64,000 bases of DNA from Bacteroidales bacterium UBA1184 (GTDB taxonomy: Bacteria; Bacteroidota; Bacteroidia; Bacteroidales; ML635J-15), in NCBI GenBank assembly GCA_002310235.1, contig DBYO01000001.1, positions 912 through 64,911 of the forward strand. Reading direction: 5' to 3'. Positions within the stretch are counted from its first letter, which is position 1. Every line of letters starts with the position of its first letter. This document shows positions 28,763 to 38,854 of this stretch, piece after piece. Under the pieces are notes generated by a model. It was not told where the DNA came from, searched no databases, and was given only the letters and a program-made list of their open reading frames with translations. The position numbers were made by a program, and so were the translations under genes.

Positions 28763-28790
28763 AAAAAAGGTATGCGTTTGCATACCTTTT
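28763..28790. terminator. Bidirectional terminator
   Basis: AAAAAAGGTATGC-GTTT-GCATACCTTTT. Confidence 0.8.
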
Positions 28791-28812
28791 ATAATATAGT
28801 GTAAAACTCTTT

Positions 28813-29502
28813 TTAGTGTGCCACGACTATCTTCACTGTCTTTTCAGCCTTTCCGTCCTTGTAGAGACGGCATACATAATAGCCGTTTTTCCAGCTGCTG
28901 CAGTTAACTGAAATGTTGTTGGCGTTGTCTGATGGGATACGCTTTATAGTTTGTCCCAAAACATTGTAGATTTCAACGTAACTGTTCTTTCCAAAACCAT
29001 TTTCGATTGTAAATGACTCGTTAGCAGGACTTGGGTAAACGTTGAATGAATTAGCAGTAATGCTTGAAATGCCTGAAGTGTTTACGTGAACATTAAAAGC
29101 AGCTTCTGGTGTGCTGCCCTCCTCAGGGTATGCTTTAACAACAAAGTCTGTTGCAGTAATAGGCCTAATACTAAAATGAATTTCCATATCTTCTTCAGGC
29201 GCAAGCGAGAATCTAGGGCAAACCCCACCAACTCCGCATGAGCCATTGATACAGAAGGAAAATTCAGCCTCATTATCATTGGTAGCCACGATTCCGTTTG
29301 CATAAAGATGAGCCCTTAAGTTGCTTAATGTGGAGGTTCCAACGTTTTTAACTTTAAATATAATATCTGTATTTGTGTTTGCAGGAACATTTATGGTTGA
29401 ACCTGTAATAGTTTCGTTTTGATCATTTAGTATGGCTAATTGTGCAAACATCTGTGAAGCACAAGCAATTACTGCAATTATAAGTGTAAATATACGTTTC
29501 AT
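28813..29502 (-). CDS. Small T9SS type A sorting domain protein (Ig-like domain with FCxxGxC)
   Basis: Signal peptide ending FA/Q; C-terminal VYPSPA...IYNVLGQ...GYYV...KIVVAH. Confidence 0.85.
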   Translation of the reverse strand: MKRIFTLIIAVIACASQMFAQLAILNDQNETITGSTINVPANTNTDIIFKVKNVGTSTLSNLRAHLYANGIVATNDNEAEFSFCINGSCGVGGVCPRFSLAPEEDMEIHFSIRPITATDFVVKAYPEEGSTPEAAFNVHVNTSGISSITANSFNVYPSPANESFTIENGFGKNSYVEIYNVLGQTIKRIPSDNANNISVNCSSWKNGYYVCRLYKDGKAEKTVKIVVAH

Positions 29503-29656
29503 CAGTCAAAATTTTCTGCAAAAATAAGAAAAAAAATCCATCCGTGCAATGCTTTTGCAAAAAAATAGTTAAAGATTTTTCAAAATGAAAATATTTGCCG
29601 GAGTGGAATGTTTTTTGATAAAAAAGCATTATCTTTGTTTTTAAAATTTTAAGAAT

Positions 29657-30184
29657 ATGAAGAAAATTGTATTAGCAATTTTGTTGGCGTTTGCAGTATT
29701 TGCAACAGCTTACTCGCAGGAAATTCCACAAGTACAGCTTAAAGACTTGAAGGGAAAGGTCGTTAATTCGCAGGATATAATCCAAAACGATGGTAAGCCG
29801 GTAATGGTATGTTTCTTTGCTACTTGGTGCAAACCCTGTATTAAAGAGTTGACGGCTTTCAGCGAAGCTTATGAAGACTGGACTGACGAAACAGGTGTAA
29901 AGATAATTGCCGTGTCGATTGACGATGCACGCAGCACCAATTCGGTTGGCCCGTTTGTAAATGCCCGTGGTTGGGATTTTGATGTCTATCTGGATGCTAA
30001 CGGTGATTTCAAGCGGGCAATGAATGTCAACAATGTGCCTCATTCGTTCCTGCTCGACGGCAAGGGCAATGTTGCATGGCAGCACACTTCGTACCTCGAA
30101 GGCGATGAGGCTGAAACTTTCGAAATGATAAAGAAGGTGGCAGCTGGTGAGTCTATGAAGGAAAACGATGCCGAAAAGGAGTAA
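29657..30184 (+). CDS. TlpA family disulfide reductase
   Basis: Signal peptide; FFATWCKPCIKEL thioredoxin motif; -7 box TATCTTTG at 29630. Confidence 0.92.
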   Translation: MKKIVLAILLAFAVFATAYSQEIPQVQLKDLKGKVVNSQDIIQNDGKPVMVCFFATWCKPCIKELTAFSEAYEDWTDETGVKIIAVSIDDARSTNSVGPFVNARGWDFDVYLDANGDFKRAMNVNNVPHSFLLDGKGNVAWQHTSYLEGDEAETFEMIKKVAAGESMKENDAEKE

Positions 30185-30262
30185 AACCAACACAAATCAA
30201 TTTATTTTCCGCGAAATGCGGAAAATTGTATTTTGCAAACTATAATGCGAACACATTAATAT

Positions 30263-31924
30263 ATGAAGAAATTTTTATTCCTGCTTGTCGTTATGTTTTC
30301 GGCGTTCTCTCTATGGGCGCAGAAAGATGGCAAGAGCGAGAACAAGTTTAACGTTTCTGGAAATTTCCAGAGCGATTTACAATATTATTTCGAGGACCAA
30401 AAAATCGGAGCTGTTGCCGTTGATGAAAAACTGCTGTCGAATTCATACGCGAATTTCATGATTTCGTATGGAAAATTCTCGGCTGGTGTGCGTTTCGAAG
30501 GTTACTACAACACCTTGCTCGGATTTCCGAATTCGGGAGGTAAAAACGATGGCTTTGGCGTTCCGTCGTACTGGGCTAACTTCACAAACGACAAGCTCGA
30601 AGTCACAGTCGGACATTTCTATGAACAGTTTGGTAACGGGCTCACTTTGCGTTCGTACGAAGAGAAGTCCCTTGGTATCGACAATGCAATTCTTGGCGCT
30701 CGCGTGAAATATACTATTGTGCCTGGTGTGAATATAAAGGGAATTATTGGAAAACAGCGTTATTATTGGAAACTTTCCGATGGCATACTTCGTGGTGTTG
30801 ATGGGGAAATCCAATTCAATGAAATGATAAAGTCGTTAAATGACAGTCAGTTCCGTTTCGGTATCGGCGGTAGTTTCGTAAGCAAATATCAGAAAGAGGA
30901 TAATCCTATTTATAACTTGCCGAACAATGTGGCAACTGGTGCCGGTCGTATCAATATTGGATATTCTGGCTTTAACTTGATTTCGGAATATGCTTACAAG
31001 ATAAACGACCCATCTGCCGACAACAACTACATATATCGTCCCGGACAGGCATTCCTTATTAATGCTACCTATTCTCAGAAAGGACTTGGTGTAATTCTTT
31101 CCACCAAGTGGGTCGATAACATGTCGCTGCGCAGCGATCGCAATGCTACACTTTCGGATGTTACCGTAAGCTATCTGCCCGAAATCACACGCAACTACAC
31201 ATACGTTTTGCAAGCTTTCTATCCATATGCAAGCCAGCCTATGGGCGAATGGGGCGCAAAGGGCGAATTCTTCTATAAGTTCAAGAAAGGTAGTAAGTTG
31301 GGCGGCAAGTACGGAACTACTATAACATTAAACTATTCGCGTGTTCATAATATTAAGAAGACTGCCTTGAACGATTCTACGCCGATAGGTACTTCGGGAA
31401 CCTATGGCTACAATACATCGTTGTTTGCTATTGGCAACGAACTTTACTATCAGGACATCAATGTGGAAATTTCGAAGAAATGGTCGAAGAAATGGTACAC
31501 CAATATTGCATATATGAACTTGTTCTATAACTACAATGTACTTATGGGTACGGCAGGACATGAAAATGTAAAGGCTAATATTGCTGTTATCGAAGCAACT
31601 TATAAGATTACTGATAAGTATGCTTTGAAGGGCGAAGTTCAGGCAATGTTCACCAAGCAGGATAAAGGAAATTGGATACTCGGTCAACTTGAGTTTACGA
31701 TGCCCAACTGGTTCTTTACCGTGTTCGACAACTGGAATTACGGCAATCCCGATAAAAGTGCAAGAGTTCACTATTTGAATGTTGGCTTCGGATATGTTAA
31801 GGGAGGCAACCGCATTCAGCTTACTTACGGTAAGCAGCGCGAAGGCGTGATGTGTGTCGGCGGTGTATGCAGGCATGTTCCGGCATCCAACGGATTTGCA
31901 CTTTCAATTTCGAGTACATTCTAA
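30263..31924 (+). CDS. DUF6029 family outer-membrane beta-barrel protein
   Basis: Signal peptide, GHFYEQFGNG..LRSYE...GIDN, C-terminal YGKQREG..CVGGVCR..PASNG, terminal Phe. Confidence 0.85.
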   Translation: MKKFLFLLVVMFSAFSLWAQKDGKSENKFNVSGNFQSDLQYYFEDQKIGAVAVDEKLLSNSYANFMISYGKFSAGVRFEGYYNTLLGFPNSGGKNDGFGVPSYWANFTNDKLEVTVGHFYEQFGNGLTLRSYEEKSLGIDNAILGARVKYTIVPGVNIKGIIGKQRYYWKLSDGILRGVDGEIQFNEMIKSLNDSQFRFGIGGSFVSKYQKEDNPIYNLPNNVATGAGRINIGYSGFNLISEYAYKINDPSADNNYIYRPGQAFLINATYSQKGLGVILSTKWVDNMSLRSDRNATLSDVTVSYLPEITRNYTYVLQAFYPYASQPMGEWGAKGEFFYKFKKGSKLGGKYGTTITLNYSRVHNIKKTALNDSTPIGTSGTYGYNTSLFAIGNELYYQDINVEISKKWSKKWYTNIAYMNLFYNYNVLMGTAGHENVKANIAVIEATYKITDKYALKGEVQAMFTKQDKGNWILGQLEFTMPNWFFTVFDNWNYGNPDKSARVHYLNVGFGYVKGGNRIQLTYGKQREGVMCVGGVCRHVPASNGFALSISSTF

Positions 31925-31928
31925 AAAA

Positions 31929-32801
31929 ATGAAGATTATGAAGAAGACAATAATACTTACATTCGCAGTCCTGTTAGCAGGTCTTTTCGTAGCATCGTGC
32001 GACAAGATAGAAGAAGGAGAATATTTGAAGAATCCTAATAATTCACAGCCGACACCAGCCGACACAACAGGGCAAAAGACTCTGTTGCGCAAGGTTCTGA
32101 TACTTGACTTTACAGGGCATAAGTGTGGAAATTGTCCCAAGGGGCATAAAATAATAACTAGTTTGGAAGGCACCTATCACGATGCTGTAGTTCCTGTTGC
32201 AATACATTGTTCCAATTTCGCTAAACCAGAAGAAGGAACAGCCTTCGCAACAGACTTCAGAACAGAGGAAGGGAACTATATGCTTAATAATATGTATATT
32301 GAACAGATTCCTTCTGGATTGGTTAACACATTGCTTCCTTCTGCGATAAGCGATGTGCCGACAGAATGGGCCGCTCAGTTTGCGGAATATGTCAATATAG
32401 AACCGGAACTATCGCTTGAGGTCGTGCCATCTGTCGCCAATGGCTCGATGTCCTCAAATGTAAAGTTGACTGCAGAAACCGTTTGTTCGCGCAAGTTGTC
32501 TTTGTGTGTATATGTTGTGGAAGATAATATAATTAGCGGTCAGCTTGATTATGATTCAGACCCTTCAATCATCGAAGACTATGTTCACAATCACGTGTTC
32601 CGTATGAGTTTTAACGGAGCATTGGGCGAAAGTGTAAAGGATAACACGGAAGAAATGGCTAAGGGCGCTACAATAGAAAAATCATATTCAAAGGCTATCA
32701 AGCCAGAATGGAACATTTCTAACTGCAAAGTTGTTGCATTTGTTTACGATTCCGATACCAAGGAAGTATTGCAGGCCGAGATGGTAGGTATTTCCCAATA
32801 G
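31929..32801 (+). CDS. Omp28 family outer-membrane lipoprotein
   Basis: Lipobox VASC-D, LILDFTGHKCGNCP, VAIH, YVHNHVFR, VVAFVYD...EVLQ. Confidence 0.9.
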   Translation: MKIMKKTIILTFAVLLAGLFVASCDKIEEGEYLKNPNNSQPTPADTTGQKTLLRKVLILDFTGHKCGNCPKGHKIITSLEGTYHDAVVPVAIHCSNFAKPEEGTAFATDFRTEEGNYMLNNMYIEQIPSGLVNTLLPSAISDVPTEWAAQFAEYVNIEPELSLEVVPSVANGSMSSNVKLTAETVCSRKLSLCVYVVEDNIISGQLDYDSDPSIIEDYVHNHVFRMSFNGALGESVKDNTEEMAKGATIEKSYSKAIKPEWNISNCKVVAFVYDSDTKEVLQAEMVGISQ

Positions 32802-33003
32802 TTAGGTGTATCAGACCGAAATATAGAAAAGGAAACATCTTTGTCACTATTTCACTCTTTTCAACATTGTAAAATCAAGATATTTAACGGATAAGTTTCC
32901 GAATTGTTAATAATACCTTAGGTATAGTCTTTCCCCGTTGAAAAATAGGAGGGAGTGTGTGCTTGAAAAAATAGTAATTTTGCAATCCAAATTAAAAAAA
33001 GAC

Positions 33004-34611
33004 ATGGCACAGGAAAAGAATACATCAAGGAAAGGCAAAAAGCAAGGTAGCGAGGTTTTGGATGAACTAAACGCACTTTTAGGTAAAATTCCACCTCAGT
33101 CGCCCGATCTCGAAAAGGCGGTTTTGGGAGCAATACTTTTGCAGTCAAACTCAATATACGATGTACAGGGCATACTTCGACCCGAGAGTTTTTATGTGCC
33201 TGCTCACCAAATTATATATGATGCCATTCTTCGCCTGGCTCTTGCACAAAAACCGATTGACTACATTACCGTGTCTGAAGAGTTGAGAGTGAACAACCAA
33301 CTTGACGAGGTGGGTGGGGTGCCATACCTTATAGAACTTACGGAACTTATAGGTACAGCTTCGCATCTGGAATATCATGCACGAATAGTGCAGCAGAAAT
33401 ACATACAGCGCGAGCTTATAAAGGCTTCGACAGAAATCCAGAAGGCCTCGTACGATGAGACCAAAGATGTTGATGACCTTATAACTTTTGCCGAGGGCGA
33501 GATTTTCAATATTTCGAATGGTGCTATAAATAAAGATATTGTAAAGATTGGTGATGTGGTTCTTGCTGCTAAGGATGCCATTGCAAAAGCTGCCGAAGAT
33601 AATAGCAAAGGTGGCAATGCCAACTGCCGTGGTGTTCCTTCTGGATTTACCGATCTCGACAGGCTTACCTCGGGATGGCAGAAATCCGACCTTATAATTG
33701 TGGCTGCACGTCCTTCTATGGGTAAGACAGCTTTTGTGCTTTCGATGGCAAGGAACATGGCAGTGAACCACGGCAAGACTGTTGCGTTCTTCTCGTTGGA
33801 AATGTCGTCGATACAGCTTGTAAACCGACTTATTGCCGCCGAAATAGAAGTTGGAAGCGATAAGTTGAGAAACGGAACGCTTAGCGATTCAGAGTGGCAG
33901 TGCCTCGAAACAAAGCTTCATGGCCTCGAGCAGGCAAATCTCTTTATTGACGATACACCGGCTATCTCGGTTTTCGAACTTCGAGCCAAGTGCCGAAGGC
34001 TAAAACGAAGCCACAACCTCGATATTGTGATAATAGACTATCTGCAGCTTATGACCTCTGGTGGCGATAGTAAGGGAAGCCGTGAACAGGAAGTAAGTAC
34101 AATCTCACGTTCGCTAAAGGCTATAGCCAAGGAACTTGATGTTCCAATAATCGCTTTGTCTCAGTTGAATCGTTCTGTCGAAACACGAAGCAATGACAAG
34201 CGTCCGCAGCTATCCGATCTTCGTGAATCTGGAGCTATCGAACAGGATGCCGATATTGTAGCGTTTATCCACCGTCCATATTATTATGGTATTGCTCAGG
34301 ACGAGGATGGAAATTCGACAAAGGACTTAGCTACCATTATAGTGGCAAAGCATCGAAACGGTGCTGTCGATGATGTGAAACTGAGATTTGTTCAGGAGCT
34401 GGCAAAATTCCAGGACTACAATATGGGTATAAGTGAGATTGTATCGTCCGACACAGAAGTATATCAAACCAGAGGTTCTAAGTTGAACACTCAGGGTTTT
34501 GCAGATGCAATGGGTAATGACAATATAGGTTTTAGCAATGATAATAGCTTCGAAAACTCCACAATACCAGCAGGATTTGGCAATGGAGGAAACGAAGATG
34601 CACCGTTTTAA
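33004..34611 (+). CDS. dnaB: Replicative DNA helicase
   Basis: PPQS.DLEKAVLG, AARPSMGKT, FSLEMS, IIDYLQL, LSQLNR, DLRESGAIEQDAD, KHRNG; -7 box TAATTTTG at 32975. Confidence 0.98.
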   Translation: MAQEKNTSRKGKKQGSEVLDELNALLGKIPPQSPDLEKAVLGAILLQSNSIYDVQGILRPESFYVPAHQIIYDAILRLALAQKPIDYITVSEELRVNNQLDEVGGVPYLIELTELIGTASHLEYHARIVQQKYIQRELIKASTEIQKASYDETKDVDDLITFAEGEIFNISNGAINKDIVKIGDVVLAAKDAIAKAAEDNSKGGNANCRGVPSGFTDLDRLTSGWQKSDLIIVAARPSMGKTAFVLSMARNMAVNHGKTVAFFSLEMSSIQLVNRLIAAEIEVGSDKLRNGTLSDSEWQCLETKLHGLEQANLFIDDTPAISVFELRAKCRRLKRSHNLDIVIIDYLQLMTSGGDSKGSREQEVSTISRSLKAIAKELDVPIIALSQLNRSVETRSNDKRPQLSDLRESGAIEQDADIVAFIHRPYYYGIAQDEDGNSTKDLATIIVAKHRNGAVDDVKLRFVQELAKFQDYNMGISEIVSSDTEVYQTRGSKLNTQGFADAMGNDNIGFSNDNSFENSTIPAGFGNGGNEDAPF

Positions 34612-34629
34612 TATAAAAACAGATAGAAC

Positions 34630-35073
34630 ATGGAAATAAAGAAAGAAGACCGTCAGCATAAATTTGACAAACATTACCTCGAAATGGCTGCTATATGGGC
34701 AAAAAACTCGTATTGCAAGCGTCGTCAGGTTGGAGCTTTGCTCGTAAAGGACAGAATGATAATTTCCGACGGATTCAACGGAACTCCTTCGGGATTCGAA
34801 AATCAGTGTGAAGACGATAACGATACTACTAAGCCATACGTACTTCATGCCGAAGCCAATGCAATAACAAAAGTTGCTAAGTCGGGCAACAGCAGCGAGG
34901 GGGCAACTCTGTACATCACTACTGCACCATGTATAGAATGTGCAAAACTTATTATACAGTCGGGCATCAAGCGTGTGGTATATTCCGAAGAATACCGCAA
35001 GTCGGAAGGAATTGAATTGTTGAAGCGTGCTAATGTTGAGGTGGAAATATTCAAGGACGATGAAGTACAATAA
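34630..35073 (+). CDS. dCMP deaminase family protein
   Basis: HAEANAI...PCIEC zinc motif. Confidence 0.92.
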   Translation: MEIKKEDRQHKFDKHYLEMAAIWAKNSYCKRRQVGALLVKDRMIISDGFNGTPSGFENQCEDDNDTTKPYVLHAEANAITKVAKSGNSSEGATLYITTAPCIECAKLIIQSGIKRVVYSEEYRKSEGIELLKRANVEVEIFKDDEVQ

Positions 35074-36625
35074 TACTAAGGTCGCTATATTGGTGCCTAT
35101 GCTCATTGCCTTGTCGGTTGTGGTGGGAATGTTCATTGCAAGGTTCACGGCAATGGATTCGGAAGTCTATATAGGTTCGGGAAGCAAGATCGACAATGTA
35201 ATGAACCTTATCGAGACCTACTATGTTGACGACCTCAGCCGCGACAGCATAGAGGACGTGATGATTTCCGACTTTCTTCATAATCTCGATCCGCATTCGT
35301 CGTACATGACAGCCAAGGAAACTGCCGAGGTTGAGACGGAACTTACCGGCAATTTTGTAGGCATCGGCATCCGTTTCTATGTGCTTCATGACACAGTTAT
35401 GATTACCAACATAATACCAGGTGGCGCTTCTGAGAAGGCTGGTCTGCAAGTCGGTGACAGGATTATTGATGTTGACGCCCGACCTATTTCGGGCATAGGT
35501 GTTAGCAACGACAGCGTGCGCGGACGCATATTAGGTGAGGAAGGAAAAAAGGTGAGCTTGAAAATATTGCGCGACGGACAAATGTTCGATTATAGCATAA
35601 AACGTGCTCCTGTTGAGGTTGAGAGTGTATATTATGCCAATGTTGACGGCATAGGTTACATAAAGGTAACGTCGTTCAATGGCAATACAGCCGAACAGTT
35701 TAGCAACGCATTGAAGCTGTTGATGCTTACAAAAGTAAAATCCTTTGTTATTGACCTTCGCGACAATAGTGGAGGCTTTATGTATGCTGCGCAACAGATT
35801 CTCGACAATTTCTTTGCCGATAGTCGTTTGTTGGTATATACCGAAGGTGCAAATTCGAAAAGAGAAGAGGTTTACTCATCGGGACGTAACGGAGTGTGCG
35901 CAGGCTACCCTGTGGTAGTGCTTGTAAACGAGAATTCTGCATCGGCATCCGAAATTACTGCAGGCGTAATTCAGGATTACGACATTGGTACGGTTATTGG
36001 CAATGTTACATTCGGTAAAGGGTTGGTACAAAGGATGTTCAATCTTGCCGACGGTTCGTCGGTAAGGCTCACGGTGTCGCGCTACTATCTACCGTCGGGA
36101 CGTTGCATACAGCGCAGCTACAAGGACGGATATATGTCGTACCTCGAAAACTATTACCTAAGCTACGGACGCAATAAGCAGATTGTCGATAGTTCAAAGG
36201 TTTTCTATACGATAGGCAAGAAACGCAAGGTTTACGAAGGCGATGGACTTATGCCCGACATAACAGTAGAACATGACACTTCATATATTTCGGACATGCT
36301 TTTGAAAATTAGCAAGGCGAATATAATCAGCGACTTTTGTGTGGAGTATTTTGATGCCAACAGGAGTAGGATGTCGCAGATTACAAGCAGGAAAAGTCTT
36401 GAGGCATTTCTCGAAAGCGACGGTATGTTCGACAAGTTTATTGCAAGGATAAAAAACGAAGGTATTTCATATTCGCAGCTGGAATTGGATAGGTCGCGCA
36501 AATATCTTACTACTGTGCTAAGGTATCAGATTGCCAGCTATGTCCTTGATGTTAATGCTGCCAGTGTCATCCTTCTCGACGACGATCCTTATATGGACAA
36601 GGCTAAGGAAGTGTTGGGGAAGTAG
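35060..36625 (+). CDS. S41 family C-terminal processing peptidase with PDZ domain
   Basis: LDPHS.Y, GIGI, DLRDNSGG, SASASEI, TFGKGLVQ. Confidence 0.93.
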   Translation: MKYNNTKVAILVPMLIALSVVVGMFIARFTAMDSEVYIGSGSKIDNVMNLIETYYVDDLSRDSIEDVMISDFLHNLDPHSSYMTAKETAEVETELTGNFVGIGIRFYVLHDTVMITNIIPGGASEKAGLQVGDRIIDVDARPISGIGVSNDSVRGRILGEEGKKVSLKILRDGQMFDYSIKRAPVEVESVYYANVDGIGYIKVTSFNGNTAEQFSNALKLLMLTKVKSFVIDLRDNSGGFMYAAQQILDNFFADSRLLVYTEGANSKREEVYSSGRNGVCAGYPVVVLVNENSASASEITAGVIQDYDIGTVIGNVTFGKGLVQRMFNLADGSSVRLTVSRYYLPSGRCIQRSYKDGYMSYLENYYLSYGRNKQIVDSSKVFYTIGKKRKVYEGDGLMPDITVEHDTSYISDMLLKISKANIISDFCVEYFDANRSRMSQITSRKSLEAFLESDGMFDKFIARIKNEGISYSQLELDRSRKYLTTVLRYQIASYVLDVNAASVILLDDDPYMDKAKEVLGK

Positions 36626-36649
36626 TCCCGTAGTATTTTATGGAGTTAG

Positions 36650-38017
36650 CTATTCATTAGGTACAATTTCCTGTTCTGCTACCTCCATTTCTTTTTTCTT
36701 CGTGAACAATATCTCGAGCCAGCCTAGGGCGAAGAAAGGAAGAAGCGGAATTTTGAATCTTACCAAAGCTCCAAAGTTAGAGGTGGAAATACCTATACCA
36801 AGGGCTAGCACAACCGAAAATATAAAGCACATGCTAACGAATGGGTTGCTAAGGATTTGTTTGATAGTGTATTTTATTCCAGCTTTGAAAAATACGTATA
36901 GCGAGAGCAGTAGCAGTATTGTGTTTTCCAGTCCCGACAGTAGCATAACTGCACTATCGCTTTCGAATATGAACGGACGGTATAACCCTGCAACGATAGC
37001 ATTGGGTCCCATGCTGATAAGACTGCCTAATGAGCCGTCGAAATCGCCTATATCGAAGGCATGACCCTCGTAGTATTCCTGTTTTAGGTCCTGCTGAGCG
37101 ACGCTTGCCTTTCCTAGCATCGAATCGACATCGCCGAAAGCTCCGCCTACACTCTCGCCTACAAACCTAAGTGCATACATTCCTCCCAATGCAACAATGA
37201 CTATGAGCAAAGGAGCCACTACAAACTTGAAAAAAGCGCTTTTTACTTTTTGTATGTAACCGCTTCCTAGCCAAACCATGCAGGCTGCAATAGAAGCATA
37301 TAGTATATAGACTTTAAGTTCCATAACAATATATGCGCTAAGCAGTAGTCCGAGTATAGTGGATACCCTGATTTTCCTCTCGAAGAAAATCTTGGCAAAG
37401 CACATTATGAATATCATGTTGAATGTAAATGTAAAACTGTCTTTCATAAGTGCCGAACTCCAGAAGCCTGCCGAAGGAATCATCATTATGCTTATAAATG
37501 TCATTGTGTCGCTGCATTTTACTTTTGTGCGTATGTATTGGAAGAATCTCCAATTGAGCAGAAACAGAAATAGCGATAGGCAAATGTTGACAGTATAGTA
37601 ATTTTCTCCACCTATTATTGCAAACGGAGATAGGAAACGGTGTACTGCATATCTTGAGGGGTCGTTAAAAAATGGGGTGTAGGCAATTCCCGATGCTAGA
37701 GTGTTGACATTGCTGCTGTCGATAGTGTCGAGCATAATCCTAAAATAGGATGTGGGGTCTTGGAAAAGGACACTTCCCAGACGCTGTGAAGCCCAGTAGT
37801 AGTAATAAGTGTCGCCTCCCCAATTGTAGTAGAAATCGTAAATAACGGCAAAGCCAAGGCAGCAGACCATTTTGAATCCGAAGCCGATAAAGAAATAGCG
37901 TTTTGTCATGTCGTCGTTCTTGTACTTAAAGAGCGCGATAAACCACACAATAAGGAAGGCTAATGCCAGATATCCCATTATGAGGAGTATGCCTTCAAGT
38001 GTCAAGAACTTGTGCAT
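36650..38017 (-). CDS. Multi-pass membrane protein, possibly GT-C/Wzy-like
   Basis: About 11 hydrophobic segments; GGDTYYY, PS..FWSS.LMKD, RPFIFE, NFGALVRFK motifs. Confidence 0.55.
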   Translation of the reverse strand: MHKFLTLEGILLIMGYLALAFLIVWFIALFKYKNDDMTKRYFFIGFGFKMVCCLGFAVIYDFYYNWGGDTYYYYWASQRLGSVLFQDPTSYFRIMLDTIDSSNVNTLASGIAYTPFFNDPSRYAVHRFLSPFAIIGGENYYTVNICLSLFLFLLNWRFFQYIRTKVKCSDTMTFISIMMIPSAGFWSSALMKDSFTFTFNMIFIMCFAKIFFERKIRVSTILGLLLSAYIVMELKVYILYASIAACMVWLGSGYIQKVKSAFFKFVVAPLLIVIVALGGMYALRFVGESVGGAFGDVDSMLGKASVAQQDLKQEYYEGHAFDIGDFDGSLGSLISMGPNAIVAGLYRPFIFESDSAVMLLSGLENTILLLLSLYVFFKAGIKYTIKQILSNPFVSMCFIFSVVLALGIGISTSNFGALVRFKIPLLPFFALGWLEILFTKKKEMEVAEQEIVPNE

Positions 38018-38032
38018 TGGCGAATTTGTCTT

Positions 38033-38854
38033 TTAGAAAGTTTTCAGAGCTGCGATTCTGTTTTCGCGGCTTGATTTTTCTTTGTCGGCAAGAATAGGTT
38101 TCTCCCAAGTGCCGTATGTCGGGTTGGGAAGTACTATATAGCGAGTACCAAGCTGGTCGATAATTCCATCGGTTTCTTCGAGCATATCGCCCTTGGTTTT
38201 GCGCTCGTCGAAGGCTTCGGAGTGGTCGCCCAGGTTGTCGCCTACGAGCATCACTATTTCATATTTCTCCGAAACTTTTTCGCGGCGTTCTTTCTTGCAG
38301 CTCGAAGCATCCTTTTCTTTCATAAGGAAGTTTTCGGCAGGAACTTCGGGGAAACCGAGTTTTTTCATGTTTGCCATTGTGGCATCCAGTTCTTCTGGGT
38401 ATCGGTTAGAGATGAAAATTATTTCCACACCGATTGACTGGGCGTATTTTAGGAAGTCGATGGCGCCAGGGACTTCGGTGGCATCAGCTTTGGCTGTCCA
38501 TATAGCCCAAGTCGAGTCGCTGAACGATGTCGCTTCGGCAGCCATGTATGCTTCGTAGTACGAATTGTCGAGTACTGTCTCGTCGATGTCGAGAACCACA
38601 GCGGCAGGCTTGTCGGTCTGCTTGTTTTTGATGTTTTCGGCTAAAGCCAATTTTGCAATCTTGTAGGTCTGCAAACAGATTGCGCGGTATTCGGCAGAAT
38701 GCTGCATCCACAGGGTTGCATTAATGAGATGGTCGCTTTCTCCGCATTCGGCGTTGGTTGCAACGGGTTCTGTTGTCGTTTCTGTGCCTTTGTTTTGGCA
38801 AGCAAGCAAAGTGAGACTTGCAATTGCTATGATAAAAAATATGCTTTTTTTCAT
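38033..38854 (-). CDS. 5'-nucleotidase lipoprotein, e(P4) family (class C acid phosphatase)
   Basis: Lipobox LLAC, LDIDETVLDNS, ISNR, GDNLGD, LPNPTYG.WE. Confidence 0.92.
   Translation of the reverse strand: MKKSIFFIIAIASLTLLACQNKGTETTTEPVATNAECGESDHLINATLWMQHSAEYRAICLQTYKIAKLALAENIKNKQTDKPAAVVLDIDETVLDNSYYEAYMAAEATSFSDSTWAIWTAKADATEVPGAIDFLKYAQSIGVEIIFISNRYPEELDATMANMKKLGFPEVPAENFLMKEKDASSCKKERREKVSEKYEIVMLVGDNLGDHSEAFDERKTKGDMLEETDGIIDQLGTRYIVLPNPTYGTWEKPILADKEKSSRENRIAALKTF

Noticed and set aside
33004-34611. Intein in DnaB
   Set aside because: The helicase motifs are contiguous; the extra length is the C-terminal tail.
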